DNA of 64,000 bases from Longimicrobiales bacterium (GCA_965248195.1 CBDFIQ010000002.1:416001-480000), one strand, 5' to 3'; shown: positions 49,095-60,076, numbered from the stretch's first letter. Translations and numbers: made by a program. The notes: generated by a model from the sequence alone, not told the origin.

Positions 49095-49194
49095 CGTGGC
49101 ACAGCGCTAGCCGATCGCCATCGCCGCACTCGTGTATCTCGAACCGCAGGCCGTTCGTGTTGACGAAACTCGTGGCGATAGCGCTCTCGTGCAC
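49095..49194 (-). pseudogene. N-terminal remnant of an alpha/beta hydrolase
   Basis: FVNTNGLRFEIHECGDGDRLALC, broken where LHGFP would follow. Confidence 0.5.
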
Positions 49195-49203
49195 CCCGGA
49201 CCG

Positions 49204-51165
49204 CTAGGGCAGACGGTATGCCAACAGCTCGCCGGACCGGCCGCCGCCACTCGTGGCGACGACGATGTATTGCTGGTCGTTCACCTGATAGGTCATCGGC
49301 GACCCGCTCTGCGGGGCCCTCATGTAGACGGCACCGACCTCCGCGCCGGTCGCCTTGTCATAGGCGCGCAGCATCGCGCCCATCTCGCCGGTCTCGGTAG
49401 TGTAGAGACCGGACTCGCCGGCGACGACCACGGTCTTGGTGACCAGCACGCCGACGCGGCCAGGCCAGCCGGTTCGCCCGATGTCCATGCCACCAAGCAC
49501 CGCATGGTTCCGGATGTTGTCTGGCGCTTCGCCGTGTGGAATCTGCCACGCGATGTCGCCGGTGTTCATGTTGATGCCGGTGATGCGACCCCATGGCGGC
49601 TTGATCATCGGGAACCCCTGGATGTTCGTCGAAGCATCGCGCGCCGCGACGCCGTCGGGGCGGCCACGGATAAAGTCCATGTCGGAGCGATCCGGGTCGT
49701 TGACCAGCCCGAGCGCGCCGACCTGGGTCTTGGTGTAGATGTAGAAGAAGCCGGTCTCCGGGTCGGCCGATCCGCCGGGCCAGTTCACGCCGCCGGTCGA
49801 GCTGGGTACCGCCAGGGTGCCGAGGTTCCCGCCGGCGATGGCCTCGGTGGGCGGGTCGTACAGCCATCCGACTGTGTATTTGGAGAAGATTGCCTCGGCC
49901 TGCGCCAGCAGCTCGGGCGTGTAGTCGACCAGGTCCTCGACGCCGAGGTCGATCTCGTCGACGGGGGGTGGTCTGGTCGGGATCGGCTGGGTCGGCGAAT
50001 ACCACTCACCCGGCACGTCACCCTGTGTCACCGGCACTTCGGGAATGGGCCACACCGGTTCACCGGTAACCCGGTCGAGCACGAACATGTAGGACTGCTT
50101 GGTCGGTAGGATCAGGGCTTTGATCTCGCGCCCGTCGACGGTGATGTCCAGCAACACGGGCGCCGCTGGCAGGTCCCAGTCCCAGATGTCGTGGTGGACC
50201 GTTTGGTAATGCCAGACTCGTTCGCCCGTGTCCAGGTCGACCGCCACGACGCTGCCAGAGAACAGATTGTCGCCGCGGCGATGCCCACCGTAGTAGTCGC
50301 CGGTCGGCGCCTCGACCGGGAAGTAGGCCATGTTCAGCTCAGGGTCGATGGTCATTTGGGCCCAGACCCCGGTGTTCCCTGTGTAGCGCCAGGAATCGTC
50401 TAGCCACGTATCGTTCCCGAACTCGTCCTCGTCGGGAATCGTGTGGAAGATCCATTTCCGTTCGCCGGTCCGGACGTCGAAGCCGCGGACGTAGCCTTTG
50501 ACGTTCGTGCGCGACGGCGGCGCGCCACCTGGTCGATGTGCCGCGCCGATGATGATCGTGTTGCCCGCGACCACCGGGGCTGCGTGCAGCCCGATTTCGG
50601 AGGTGGGTTCGAGATCTTGATCGATGTCCTGCTTCAGGTCGACGATGCCGGCGTCACCAAAGCTCTGAACCCGGGCACCGGTCCCGGCGTCGAGGGCTAC
50701 CAGCTGGTAGCCGGGTGTGACGTACAGGATCACGCCACCCCTACCGTCCTCCCAGAACGCGAGTCCGCGGCCGGACAGTTGGCGCGGCGCCTCTTCGCCC
50801 CGCTCGCCCTCGTCGATCCGGTGAACCCAGAGCAGTTCGCCCGTCTCGGGGTCGAGCGCGATCACCGACCGTCGAGAGCCGGCCGTCGTGTAGAGGGTGC
50901 CGTTCACCATCAACGGCGTGGACTGGTAATTGGTCTCGGGCCGTGGACCGAGGTTGTCGGTGCTGAATCGCCACGCCAGCTCCAGATCGCTGAAGTTGTC
51001 CGCGGTGATCTGTTCGAGCGGCGAGTAGCGCTGGTGCGTGAGGTCGCCGCCATACGACGGCCACTCGCCCCCCGCGGTTCCCGGCTCTTGGGCCGCCGCG
51101 GTCAGCGCGACGCTCAGCAGCACCACTATCAGGTAGGTCTGGGTTAGCTGCGATTGCAGTCTCAT
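49204..51165 (-). CDS. PQQ-dependent dehydrogenase (glucose/quinate DH-like), secreted
   Basis: EWPSYGG, YSPLEQI, WHYQTVHHDIWDWD, KPPWG, PMTY. Confidence 0.92.
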   Translation of the reverse strand: MRLQSQLTQTYLIVVLLSVALTAAAQEPGTAGGEWPSYGGDLTHQRYSPLEQITADNFSDLELAWRFSTDNLGPRPETNYQSTPLMVNGTLYTTAGSRRSVIALDPETGELLWVHRIDEGERGEEAPRQLSGRGLAFWEDGRGGVILYVTPGYQLVALDAGTGARVQSFGDAGIVDLKQDIDQDLEPTSEIGLHAAPVVAGNTIIIGAAHRPGGAPPSRTNVKGYVRGFDVRTGERKWIFHTIPDEDEFGNDTWLDDSWRYTGNTGVWAQMTIDPELNMAYFPVEAPTGDYYGGHRRGDNLFSGSVVAVDLDTGERVWHYQTVHHDIWDWDLPAAPVLLDITVDGREIKALILPTKQSYMFVLDRVTGEPVWPIPEVPVTQGDVPGEWYSPTQPIPTRPPPVDEIDLGVEDLVDYTPELLAQAEAIFSKYTVGWLYDPPTEAIAGGNLGTLAVPSSTGGVNWPGGSADPETGFFYIYTKTQVGALGLVNDPDRSDMDFIRGRPDGVAARDASTNIQGFPMIKPPWGRITGINMNTGDIAWQIPHGEAPDNIRNHAVLGGMDIGRTGWPGRVGVLVTKTVVVAGESGLYTTETGEMGAMLRAYDKATGAEVGAVYMRAPQSGSPMTYQVNDQQYIVVATSGGGRSGELLAYRLP

Positions 51166-51555
51166 GAATCGTCCCTCATCGGTTCGGGCCTGCATTAAAC
51201 GACTACGGACGGACGCTCACACACGATCGCCTGGCCCCGAGCGGAGAGTCCGTGGGAAAACTGATGCAGCCATGATAGGCTGAAATCGAGCCGGAGGCAC
51301 CATGTCGGGTCCTTCCGCACGGAGGCCTAGCCTCTCCTGCCCGTCCACGGGGTTACCTGGCAGCCCGAGGTGAAGGTCCACCTGCTTCGACCGGCGAGAG
51401 CGGTCGCGACATCAAACGGGTTGTTGGGGATAGGGATTTCGAACGCCCCTTGTCCGAGGCCAAGATACGCTCTCTCCGTTGACCCATTAAAGGATTGGAC
51501 GAGGGGATGCGCGGATGGGTAGGGAGGTGGCCGTCTCGTTTCAGGCCTTACGCAC

Positions 51556-52641
51556 TCACTCCCGGACTCTGCTCCTGACCCAAAACTCATCGACGATTTG
51601 GCCGGCGACGTCCTTGAGGTAGAAGCGGGCTAGGCTTGGATCACCATCAATGTTGAAACTAGCGAAGAGAGCCCCGTTTCTCGCTCCCTGAGTGGCTGTG
51701 TAGATGGATGCCCACCAGTCACCCTCACGCGTTTGGAATCTAATGTTCGTACCCCCCAAGCCGCTCACGAAGACAAACGTCCGGCCCAGGGAGATTTCAA
51801 GTGTGTCAGACGTGGAGGCGATTGTCTGCTCCGAAATGTTTGAGAGAAGGTGAGTCCGGCTATAGGAATGCTCGTGCCCCGTCGCAATGATGGCGCCCCC
51901 CTCTCGACATGCTTCGTATATCGCATATCCAACCTCGTCCGCCTTGTTGCCCACCTGCATCGCCCTCTGGTTCTTGTGCCAGCTACAGATACGCCAGGTG
52001 GCCGTGTCGGTTGCGAGTTCTCCGGCAAAATAATTCGCATAGGTACTGTTTTCGGTGTTCGGAAATATCCCAAGTGCTCCAAGGAGGATGTGGATGCCCT
52101 CAAAGCTGAGGGAAGCCTGCTCTCCATAGATTCCGGTCCAGGTGTACCCAAGCCGACTGGCCCGATCTTCAAGCCGATCGCGATAGCCGCCTTCTTCCCC
52201 CCACGCCCCACCCTCGATGTCGTGATTCCCGACCGACGCGAAATACGGGAAATTCTGGCCGAGCTCCTCGTCGATCATGGCCATCCAGCCCTGTGGATCC
52301 TGTCCGTAATCGAAGTCGCCTTGATGGAGCACGGCATCGACACCCTCCTCTCGGATTAGGCGCAGGACGGCTCGCGGGCCCTCATACTGTCCAGCCGGCT
52401 CCAAAAATTGGTCTGCAATGAACGCTATCTGGACGAGGCGCACCGGCTCCGGATCGGGGTCGACACCGCCGTCACCGCAGGAGATTAGGAGTGCAAAAAG
52501 CGCCGGTGCGAAACGAACGTGGGCTCGGAGGGCACAGGTCGACGAGGACGAAGGGGGGAAAGAAGGAGCAGATGGATGCCGCCATGACGAGCTCCACCGG
52601 TTCGGAATCATCTTTGCTCTTCGCGATCGAGAGTTGCCCAC
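51556..52641 (-). CDS. Calcineurin-like metallophosphoesterase lipoprotein (start uncertain)
   Basis: LISC lipobox; AFIADQ, HQGDFDY, GNHD, GHEHSY. Confidence 0.8.
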   Translation of the reverse strand: MGNSRSRRAKMIPNRWSSSWRHPSAPSFPPSSSSTCALRAHVRFAPALFALLISCGDGGVDPDPEPVRLVQIAFIADQFLEPAGQYEGPRAVLRLIREEGVDAVLHQGDFDYGQDPQGWMAMIDEELGQNFPYFASVGNHDIEGGAWGEEGGYRDRLEDRASRLGYTWTGIYGEQASLSFEGIHILLGALGIFPNTENSTYANYFAGELATDTATWRICSWHKNQRAMQVGNKADEVGYAIYEACREGGAIIATGHEHSYSRTHLLSNISEQTIASTSDTLEISLGRTFVFVSGLGGTNIRFQTREGDWWASIYTATQGARNGALFASFNIDGDPSLARFYLKDVAGQIVDEFWVRSRVRE

Positions 52642-53074
52642 GCTAGCGGACGGTCAGCCTGGGTCCCCGCGGTTGACGCCGTCGTCTTGCGGGATGAGAT
52701 GGTCAGCGTGTCCCGAACCGTCGCGTTGATCGTCTCGGTATAAACCACCACACCGTCCGGGTCTCTACAGTTGAAGACCAGTGTTGTCACCGTCCAGCAG
52801 CGCCTGAAACCGCGGATGATCGCGCAGCGGATCCCAGAAGAGGATCGATCCCGAGCACCGAAGCCAAGACGAGTTAAGGATAAGATAAAACCAAAGGCCA
52901 GGCAGCCTCATGACCAACCCCATCACCTGACGCGGAGCCTCCCACTCGCGCACTCCACTGCATATCTCCATATTGGATCGACTCGAGGAGGCGTCTGTCG
53001 CGAACGCATCGCGCCGCTCCGTCTTCCCCGTGCGCAAGCTACGCTTCAGGTCCACCCCGGAGAGGAAGAGATCC

Positions 53075-53656
53075 ATGATCGGACGAACGATGTTGGGTCG
53101 AATATCGGCACTTGGCTTCGGAATGTTCTTCATCACGTCGGGATTGGCGGCTCAGGAGCATGAGATGCCCGGCCAAACCTCTCATGTTGCCATTGATGGG
53201 GGCATGATCATGGGGGAGGGTATGAGCAGCCAGATGCTGCAAAGGGTGGGGCAGGGTATAGGGATCGTGGTCATTGGCGGCCCTGGGCCAGCGATGATCC
53301 TCAGCATGGGAGAGGCGCTGAATCTCACCGATGACCAAAAGGCCCAGCTAGATGCCATCCAGGCTGAGTACTCGGAAGCTGCTCAGCCTCACATGCCGGG
53401 CATGATAGCGGCCCATGAGGATGTCCGTGTTGCGCTCGAAGGTGATTCGCCTGACTTCGTCGCCTACGAGCACGCGCTTCAGGAAGGCGCCGACCTAATG
53501 GTGCAGACGCACGTGGCGATGGCGCGAGCCGCGGAGGAGGCCAGGAAAGTCTTGACCGACGAGCAGGTCAAGCAACTCGGAAGCGGAATGCCGATGATTT
53601 ATGGAATGATGGGGCACGGGCGGCCGGACCCGGGGATTGGAGGGCGGCACAACTAA
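53075..53656 (+). CDS. Spy/CpxP-like periplasmic protein
   Basis: Signal peptide; LNLTDDQ and VLTDEQ motifs; Met/His-rich. Confidence 0.75.
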   Translation: MIGRTMLGRISALGFGMFFITSGLAAQEHEMPGQTSHVAIDGGMIMGEGMSSQMLQRVGQGIGIVVIGGPGPAMILSMGEALNLTDDQKAQLDAIQAEYSEAAQPHMPGMIAAHEDVRVALEGDSPDFVAYEHALQEGADLMVQTHVAMARAAEEARKVLTDEQVKQLGSGMPMIYGMMGHGRPDPGIGGRHN

Positions 53657-53696
53657 TAAAGCCCGTCAATAGTTGTGCCCTAATCTCGGGTGTGCC

Positions 53697-54161
53697 CTAA
53701 TCTCGAGCCGACCCGTTGACCGGACTCCCCGGCACCGCTTCCTGGAGCGAGATGCGCCAACGGATCTGCTCCGACTCGATCCGCAGGTACGCCACGCGTG
53801 GGTTGGCCGCCAGGTCCACGGTGTCGGCGCCGGCCTCCTGGGTGTCGACGATCGTCTGCAGCGGCCGGCCGCTGATCGCACTGTGGAGCGAGACGCGGAA
53901 GTTGGCCGTATCAGGAGCGCCCTCTTGGAGCGTTTCCCACGTCAGCCGCATGGAGCCCGTGGTCACGTCGAAGGACTCGGTCTGACGATCGCCGCTTCCC
54001 GACCAGGTGCCGAGTGCACGCCACAGAGTGCTCGCCCTGGCGACGGGCGGGGCGGACTCCTCCTGCCGGCTTTCACAGGCTGTGAGCAGCAGCAGTGCTA
54101 CAAGGACGAGCGGCCAGCAGCGCAACCGCCGGCTCGTCCGCCAGCGCAGCGAGAGTGACAC
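53697..54161 (-). CDS. Hypothetical lipoprotein
   Basis: LTAC lipobox; WSGSGDRQTESF. Confidence 0.65.
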   Translation of the reverse strand: MSLSLRWRTSRRLRCWPLVLVALLLLTACESRQEESAPPVARASTLWRALGTWSGSGDRQTESFDVTTGSMRLTWETLQEGAPDTANFRVSLHSAISGRPLQTIVDTQEAGADTVDLAANPRVAYLRIESEQIRWRISLQEAVPGSPVNGSARD

Positions 54162-54192
54162 GCGCCGAGGGCTTCGCGCCCCGCGGTCTGGT

Positions 54193-55206
54193 CTACGCCG
54201 TGGCAGCGAGCGGCCCGCCCCTGACGGCGCGCCGCACCAGGTTGCGCATCAACGGCACCTTGTAGGCGTTGTAGCGCAGCGGCCGGGCACCCTGGACGGC
54301 CAGCTCGCCGGCCATGGTGGCCGTCTCTTCATTCAGCGGCTGGCCGGTCAGCGCCTCCTCCACCCCCCGCAAGCGCAGCGGCCGCGCAGCCACAGCGCCG
54401 ACCACCACTCGGGCCTCGTCGATACGCCCGCCGCTCTCCTTGATCGCCGAAGCGACGTTGACCAAGGGGAAGTCCCACACCTCGCGGTCGCGCACCTTCT
54501 CGAAATAGAACCGCGCGCCCGCCCATGTTGCCGGGACGCGGATTGATGTGAGCAGGTCGCCGGGCTCCAAAACGGTCATGCGCGTGATGTCGATGTCCGG
54601 TCCGAGGAAGTAGTCGTCCGCGTCGACGACGCGCTCGCGTCCGCCCCGCCGGATGACCATCTGGGCATCGATCGCGACGAGCGCGGGGGCCGTGTCCGAG
54701 GGGCTCACGGCCACGCACCGACTCGTCTGGAGGATGGCATGCTCGCGGTTCAACGCCGTCGGTGAATCAGCGTAGCAAGTGTTGCCGCCGGCTCGATAGC
54801 AGGTCCAGCCGTTGCGGTAGTAGGCGCAGCGTGTGTCCTGCGACACGTTGCCGCCTAATGTGCCCTGATGGCGGATCTGGGGCGATGCCACGAGCCCCGC
54901 GGCCTTGGCCAGCATCCCGAAGCGCTCGATGATGGCCGGATGCTCGGCCACGTCGGTGAGCGTGGTCATGGCCCCGATCTCGAGACCCCCGCCGGTTTCG
55001 CGGATGCCCTGCAGCTCCTCCACCTGGCTGAGCTCGATGACCACACCGGTCCGCTTCGTGCGGTCCTTGAGCCAGTCGAACGAGTCCATGCCGCCGGCGA
55101 TGATCCATGCCTCGTCGCCGTAGGCGTCAGCGGCCTCCACGGCCTCGTCGAGGCTGGTGGGCTGGATCAGCTGGAACGGAGGGATTACGTCGTGCACGTT
55201 CGCCAT
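54193..55206 (-). CDS. Xanthine dehydrogenase family FAD subunit (PaoB/YagS-like)
   Basis: AGGMD, ASPQIRHQGTLGGN, RCAYYR...C...C...C insert. Confidence 0.92.
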   Translation of the reverse strand: MANVHDVIPPFQLIQPTSLDEAVEAADAYGDEAWIIAGGMDSFDWLKDRTKRTGVVIELSQVEELQGIRETGGGLEIGAMTTLTDVAEHPAIIERFGMLAKAAGLVASPQIRHQGTLGGNVSQDTRCAYYRNGWTCYRAGGNTCYADSPTALNREHAILQTSRCVAVSPSDTAPALVAIDAQMVIRRGGRERVVDADDYFLGPDIDITRMTVLEPGDLLTSIRVPATWAGARFYFEKVRDREVWDFPLVNVASAIKESGGRIDEARVVVGAVAARPLRLRGVEEALTGQPLNEETATMAGELAVQGARPLRYNAYKVPLMRNLVRRAVRGGPLAATA

Positions 55207-55275
55207 TGTGCTTCTCCTGGACTCCGAGCTACCGAAGCATCGTCTGCTGATTCGTCATCTGGATCTCTATCCGCA

Positions 55276-57744
55276 TCAGATGTGGGCCGTCAACGCCTCC
55301 TGCATGGGCCGCCCGTGCTCGAGCGCCATGAGGATGTTGTCGAGCGTCACCGGTGTGCGGCTGAACGCGTCATCGCCGAGTGCCGCGGAGAGCGCGTTGA
55401 GGACTGCGCCCGCCCCCGCGGCAACCGGCGGCTCGCCGATACCCTTCGCGCCGACCGGGGTCTCGGGATCCGGTATGTTCACCGCGTCCCACTGCATATT
55501 TCGCGGTACGTCCAGTATCGTGGGTGGACGATTCTGGTACATCCGCGTCGCCAATGGCAGGCCGTAGTGCTGGTCGTACAGGGTCTTCTGCGCGAGGGTG
55601 TGCCCCATGCCGAGCACCGAGCGCCCGAGAATCTGCCCGCCGTAGGATCGCGGGTGGATGATGGTGCCCGAGTCGCCCACCGCCAGGTAGTCGAGTATTC
55701 GGTAGTCGCCCGTCTCGAGGTCCACCTCGACCTCCGCGAACCCGGCGACGAAGGAGAACGTCCTGCCGTCTCGCTCGTAGCTGTCGCGTGCTACGCCCAT
55801 GAGGCCCTGCCCAGCAAGTGCGGTCGCCGAGTTGGTGGTATACCGGTTGATGTCCTCGGGCAGCTCGTGCCCGTCGTACCAGCCGCCCATCTCGATTGCT
55901 CGCTGGGCGACCTCCGCGAGTGTCATGCTGCGGCTGCCGTTCGAGACGCGCTCGTCGGCCACATTGTAGGACTCGGGGCTTCCGCCGAGCGTGCGGGCCG
56001 CGATCTCCTTCGTCTTGGCGATCGCGTCCGAGGCCGCCGCGTGGGCCGCGCGCGTCATCGCGTGCGTCGTCTGGCTCCCGCCGGAGACGCACGTCCACGG
56101 CAAGTTCTGGGACGTGTCGCCCCAGGAGATCTCCACCTTGTCCCACGGCACGCCCATCAACTCGGCCGCCACGCGATGGACGTCGGAGTACGATTCTGTG
56201 CCCAGATTGCCGACGCCCGACTTGACGTACATACGGCCGTCGGGCTTGATCACGAAGAGCCCGTCGAACCCGGTCGAGCCGGCGACGAACGTGCTAACAC
56301 CGACTCCGGTCCCACGCACCGTCGAGCCTGTGCGCTGACCGGAGCGCGCGATACGCGTCTCCCAGTCGAAGAGCTCGGCGCCCCGGTCCAGCGCTTCCGT
56401 GAGGAAGGAGCCCGTGCAGTACGCTCTGGGAGCGTCGCCAAACTGAGGGCCGAACGGCGCCTTGCCGACGGGTGCGTTGACCCGGCGGATGTCCACCTGG
56501 TCGAGACCGAGCTGGCGCGCGGCCTTGGCGATGACCGGCTCCATCATCACGATGCCCTGAAGCCCTCCGGGCTGGCTCTGCGCCCGGCGCGGCGGCGTGT
56601 TCGTGAGCACGGTGGTCGCCCGCATCCGCATGGCCTGCGGCTGATAGAGCAACGACACGATGGTGCCGGAGAACCCGGCGTCGCCTGCAGGTTCGTACGC
56701 GCTATTCTCGCCTATGCAGAACATGTCGAGGGCCAGGAGGCGCCCGTCGCTGGCAAATCCGGCCCTCACGCGACCGTGGACCGCAGGGCGAATACCGCCG
56801 ATGTAGTGGTCCTCCTCGCGCGAGATGCGGAGCATGACCGGCTGGCCCGCTTTCCTAGCGAGCACGGCCGGGACAGTGCTGATGACGGCGCCGGTAGCCC
56901 GGCTGCCGAAGCCACCGCCGGTGTACTCCGTAATGAGCACGACATCGTCGATGTCGAGCCGCATCCAGCGGGCGAGGGACGCCACCGTTTGCACGGTGCT
57001 CTGCGTGCCCGTGTGCACGTACAGCTTTCCGTTGCGCCAGTACGCGAGCGTGGAGCGCGGCTCGAGCACGTTGTGGATGTTGTTGGCGACCGAGAAAGTC
57101 TCGTCGAGCACGAGCGCCGCCTCGGCGAATCCCGCCTCGACGTCGCCGAACGACCATTCGTCCTGTGGTGTGCCGGTCGGCAATCGTCCCTCTTCATACT
57201 CGGCGAAATCGGCGCTCGCCCACTTCAACTTCTGCACGTCGAGCGGTGCCGTGGGCTCTCCCGCTGGACGGCCCCAGCAGTTGCCTTCGGTGCGCGCGTC
57301 GGGCCCGTCGGGACGGAGACTCACGAGCGGGTCGACCACGAACGGCAGCGGCTCGAAGTCGATCTCGATGGCTTCAATGGCTGCCACCGCCGTCTCCTCG
57401 TCCACCGCCGCCACGGCCAACACCGGTTCCCCGGCATATACGGGTTCGTCGCTGAGTGCTCGCTCGCCCTTGGGATTGGCTGGGATCCTCTCGCCGAGAT
57501 CGGTCACGACGTCGGCCGGCGCCGGAAGCTCCGACGCCCTGAGGATGGCGCGCACGCCCGGCATGGCCTCGGCGGCGCTCGTGTCGATGCTCCGGACCCG
57601 GGCGTGGGGGAGGGGGCTCAGCAAGAGTTTCGCGTAAAGCATTCCGTCGACCCGGAAGTCCTCAGCGTACTTGGCTCGGCCGGTGACCTTGGCGACCAAG
57701 TCGGGTGTGACGTAGTTCTGACCGACCAGCTTGTTCTCACCCAC
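55276..57744 (-). CDS. Xanthine dehydrogenase family molybdopterin subunit (PaoC/YagR-like)
   Basis: KVTGRAKY, GGGFG, GAKGIGEP. Confidence 0.92.
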   Translation of the reverse strand: MGENKLVGQNYVTPDLVAKVTGRAKYAEDFRVDGMLYAKLLLSPLPHARVRSIDTSAAEAMPGVRAILRASELPAPADVVTDLGERIPANPKGERALSDEPVYAGEPVLAVAAVDEETAVAAIEAIEIDFEPLPFVVDPLVSLRPDGPDARTEGNCWGRPAGEPTAPLDVQKLKWASADFAEYEEGRLPTGTPQDEWSFGDVEAGFAEAALVLDETFSVANNIHNVLEPRSTLAYWRNGKLYVHTGTQSTVQTVASLARWMRLDIDDVVLITEYTGGGFGSRATGAVISTVPAVLARKAGQPVMLRISREEDHYIGGIRPAVHGRVRAGFASDGRLLALDMFCIGENSAYEPAGDAGFSGTIVSLLYQPQAMRMRATTVLTNTPPRRAQSQPGGLQGIVMMEPVIAKAARQLGLDQVDIRRVNAPVGKAPFGPQFGDAPRAYCTGSFLTEALDRGAELFDWETRIARSGQRTGSTVRGTGVGVSTFVAGSTGFDGLFVIKPDGRMYVKSGVGNLGTESYSDVHRVAAELMGVPWDKVEISWGDTSQNLPWTCVSGGSQTTHAMTRAAHAAASDAIAKTKEIAARTLGGSPESYNVADERVSNGSRSMTLAEVAQRAIEMGGWYDGHELPEDINRYTTNSATALAGQGLMGVARDSYERDGRTFSFVAGFAEVEVDLETGDYRILDYLAVGDSGTIIHPRSYGGQILGRSVLGMGHTLAQKTLYDQHYGLPLATRMYQNRPPTILDVPRNMQWDAVNIPDPETPVGAKGIGEPPVAAGAGAVLNALSAALGDDAFSRTPVTLDNILMALEHGRPMQEALTAHI

Positions 57745-58384
57745 GGGTCACCTCCCGCGAAAGCTCAGCGCCCCGTCCCAGGGCCGTGAGGATTTTGTCG
57801 TAGTCCTGGCACCGGCACAGGTTGCCGGAGACGCCATGAGCCAGCTCTTCTCGAGTCGGATCAGGGTTCTTCTTCAGGAATCCCACCGCCGCCATGACGA
57901 ACCCGGTCATGCAGTAGGCGCACTGGAAGCCCTGCTCCTCGACCACGCCCTGCTGCACCGGGTGGAGCGTACCATCGGGCGACGCCAGACCCTCGATCGT
58001 CGTGATCTCGCGCGACCTGACCGTGTGCGTCAGCACCGAGCACGAGTAGCGCGGCACGTCATCGACAAGCACGGTGCACGCACCACACTCCGCGCGGTCG
58101 CAGCCGAGCTTGGTGCCCGTGAGCCCGAGCTTGTAGCGGAGCGTCGTGGCCAGGGTCTCCTGCGGGGCTACGTCGACCCGCCGAATCTGGCCGTTGACGT
58201 TGAGCGTCAGCAGCCGCTCAACGCCGCTCGTCCGAGCGGCTCCACCCGTCAAGAGCGGGCTGTTGCGGAAGAGGTAGGCCGCGGAGGAAACCGCCACGCC
58301 TCCGGCGATTACACCCTTGATGAAGGTGCGCCGGGTGAGGTCGGTCGGCCCGCCGCGGCTGGTTTGAGCGTCGTCGCTTGGCAT
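57737..58384 (-). CDS. (2Fe-2S) subunit with Tat signal (PaoA/YagT-like)
   Basis: TRRTFIK; GCDRAECGACT, QCAYC, NLCRC. Confidence 0.92.
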   Translation of the reverse strand: MPSDDAQTSRGGPTDLTRRTFIKGVIAGGVAVSSAAYLFRNSPLLTGGAARTSGVERLLTLNVNGQIRRVDVAPQETLATTLRYKLGLTGTKLGCDRAECGACTVLVDDVPRYSCSVLTHTVRSREITTIEGLASPDGTLHPVQQGVVEEQGFQCAYCMTGFVMAAVGFLKKNPDPTREELAHGVSGNLCRCQDYDKILTALGRGAELSREVTRG

Positions 58385-58671
58385 ATCGCCTCTCCTCCAT
58401 ATCGCGAGAATGGCGAGGACGGGGTCCGCTACGATCCCATCGATCGGGCCCACAATAACGTGCGGCCTGGCCGTACGACACCCCTCCCCAGGGGGGGTTC
58501 TCCAGCGCTGCCAACGCCCGACGCCGTGACCACGGCTTCGTTGCTCTCGACACCAAGCCCGTGGTGCGTGCTGATTCCGATGTCGGGGGTCCGCGACGGC
58601 CGATTGGTACTACTCTAGAGGTCACTCGTCTTCACGGTGAGAGCGGATACGCCAGACAGTGTGGGAGGCGG

Positions 58672-59259
58672 ATGATGAACTGGATTGGGGAGGGACTGCT
58701 CGTGCTGTGCATCTCGACGATGGTCCCGAACGGGATCGCCTGTCAGATTCAGATGATGATCGGGGTGCGCGGCGGCTTAACGAGCGCGACGCTCCTCGAT
58801 GGGCGGCTGATGTTCGTTCTTCCGCCGGAGGGCTCCGCGCAAGTTGTTCCGACGCGAGAATCCTCGGTCCGTGCCCTTGAGGCTGGACAACGTGTCCGGG
58901 TCCGGGCTGCGGATGCATTGAGTATCGAGGGCGTGTTTTTGGGCCTCGAAGGGCAGGATATGCTCCTAAGCACGACCCGGGCCGGGCCGGGCCAGCGCGT
59001 TCCCGTAGATCGGTTAGAGGCTCTGTGGGTAAGAAAGCGAGCTACCCGGAAAGGGGCCTTCATCGGAGCGATTACGGGCGGTGCAGTGGGAGTCGGGTTC
59101 GGCCTCTTCATTGGTGAGGTCCTTTGTAACGACGCAGACTGTGAGGCCGGCACACTCGGGGCTGCCGCTCTGGTCGGTGCGTTTGGAGCTGGCGCGGGGG
59201 CGGCCGGCGGAGCGCTGATAGGGTACTTGGTGCAGGGATGGTCCGCCGTCTGGCCGTGA
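58672..59259 (+). CDS. Hypothetical membrane protein with glycine-zipper TMs
   Basis: GGAGG RBS; GAFIGAITGGAVG and GAAGGALIG. Confidence 0.55.
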   Translation: MMNWIGEGLLVLCISTMVPNGIACQIQMMIGVRGGLTSATLLDGRLMFVLPPEGSAQVVPTRESSVRALEAGQRVRVRAADALSIEGVFLGLEGQDMLLSTTRAGPGQRVPVDRLEALWVRKRATRKGAFIGAITGGAVGVGFGLFIGEVLCNDADCEAGTLGAAALVGAFGAGAGAAGGALIGYLVQGWSAVWP

Positions 59260-59265
59260 CGACTA

Positions 59266-60076
59266 GGGTCTGTTAACACTAAGGGCAATTTGTAGTATAT
59301 TGGGGCTATGAAAATCACAGAGTCCCAATATCGTCGGATAGAGGCTTGCTTTCCGCATCAGCGCGGCAATGTGAGCATCTCCAATCTCGAAGTGCTTAAC
59401 GCGATCCTGTATGTGGCCGAACACGGCTGCAAATGGCGGGGGTTGCCTCCGCGTTTCGGTAACTGGCATACGATCTACACCCGAATGAATCGCTGGGCCA
59501 GGGCAGGTGTGCTGGATCGTGTCTTTGCGGCCCTGCAAGACGAGCAAATTATCCGGATCAAGATCCAAGCTCTGTCGATCGACAGTACCATCGTCAAGGT
59601 GCACCCTGATGGCACCGGCGCTCTAAAAAAAACGGCCCGCAGGCCATCGGCAAGTCGCGTGGAGGCTGGACCACCAAGATTCATATGGTTGCCGCAGATG
59701 CTCGAACCGCGATAACCTTCTCGCTATCGCCAGGCCACAAGCACGACGCGCCGGAAGGACGGGAACAATGGCACGTTGAAGCCGGTACATTCCACAGTGT
59801 CCATGATCATGGACCGGGCGTACGAGGGGGGCGAAACACGGCAATTGGTGTTGGAGCTGGGGTTTACGCCGGTCGTGCCACCCAAGCAGGGCCGTGTTAA
59901 CCCGTGGCAGTATGACCGAGTCATGTATCGCCGTCGTAACGAAATAGAGCGGTTATTTCGGCGACTCAAAGGCTTCAGAAGAATCTTCTCCCGCTTTGAC
60001 AAGCTCGACGTGATGTTTACCGCCTTCATCCACTTCGCGCTCATCGTCGAAGCCCTCAGATAGTGTTAACAGGCCC
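59266..60076 (+). mobile_element. IS5-family element, copy 2 (frameshifted)
   Basis: Same IRs and TA duplication as copy 1; A8 instead of A9, and a net 2-nt loss near 59767. Confidence 0.92.

Noticed and set aside
45748..50520. Diversity-generating retroelement template/variable repeat pair
   Set aside because: No reverse transcriptase in the window, the repeat is much longer than a typical TR, and the differences are not confined to adenines
54868..57789. 973-aa plus-strand ORF and similar long ORFs (1755-2903, 28605-29795, 35048-36271, 36629-37843)
   Set aside because: Antisense shadows of well-supported genes in high-GC DNA, with no motifs of their own
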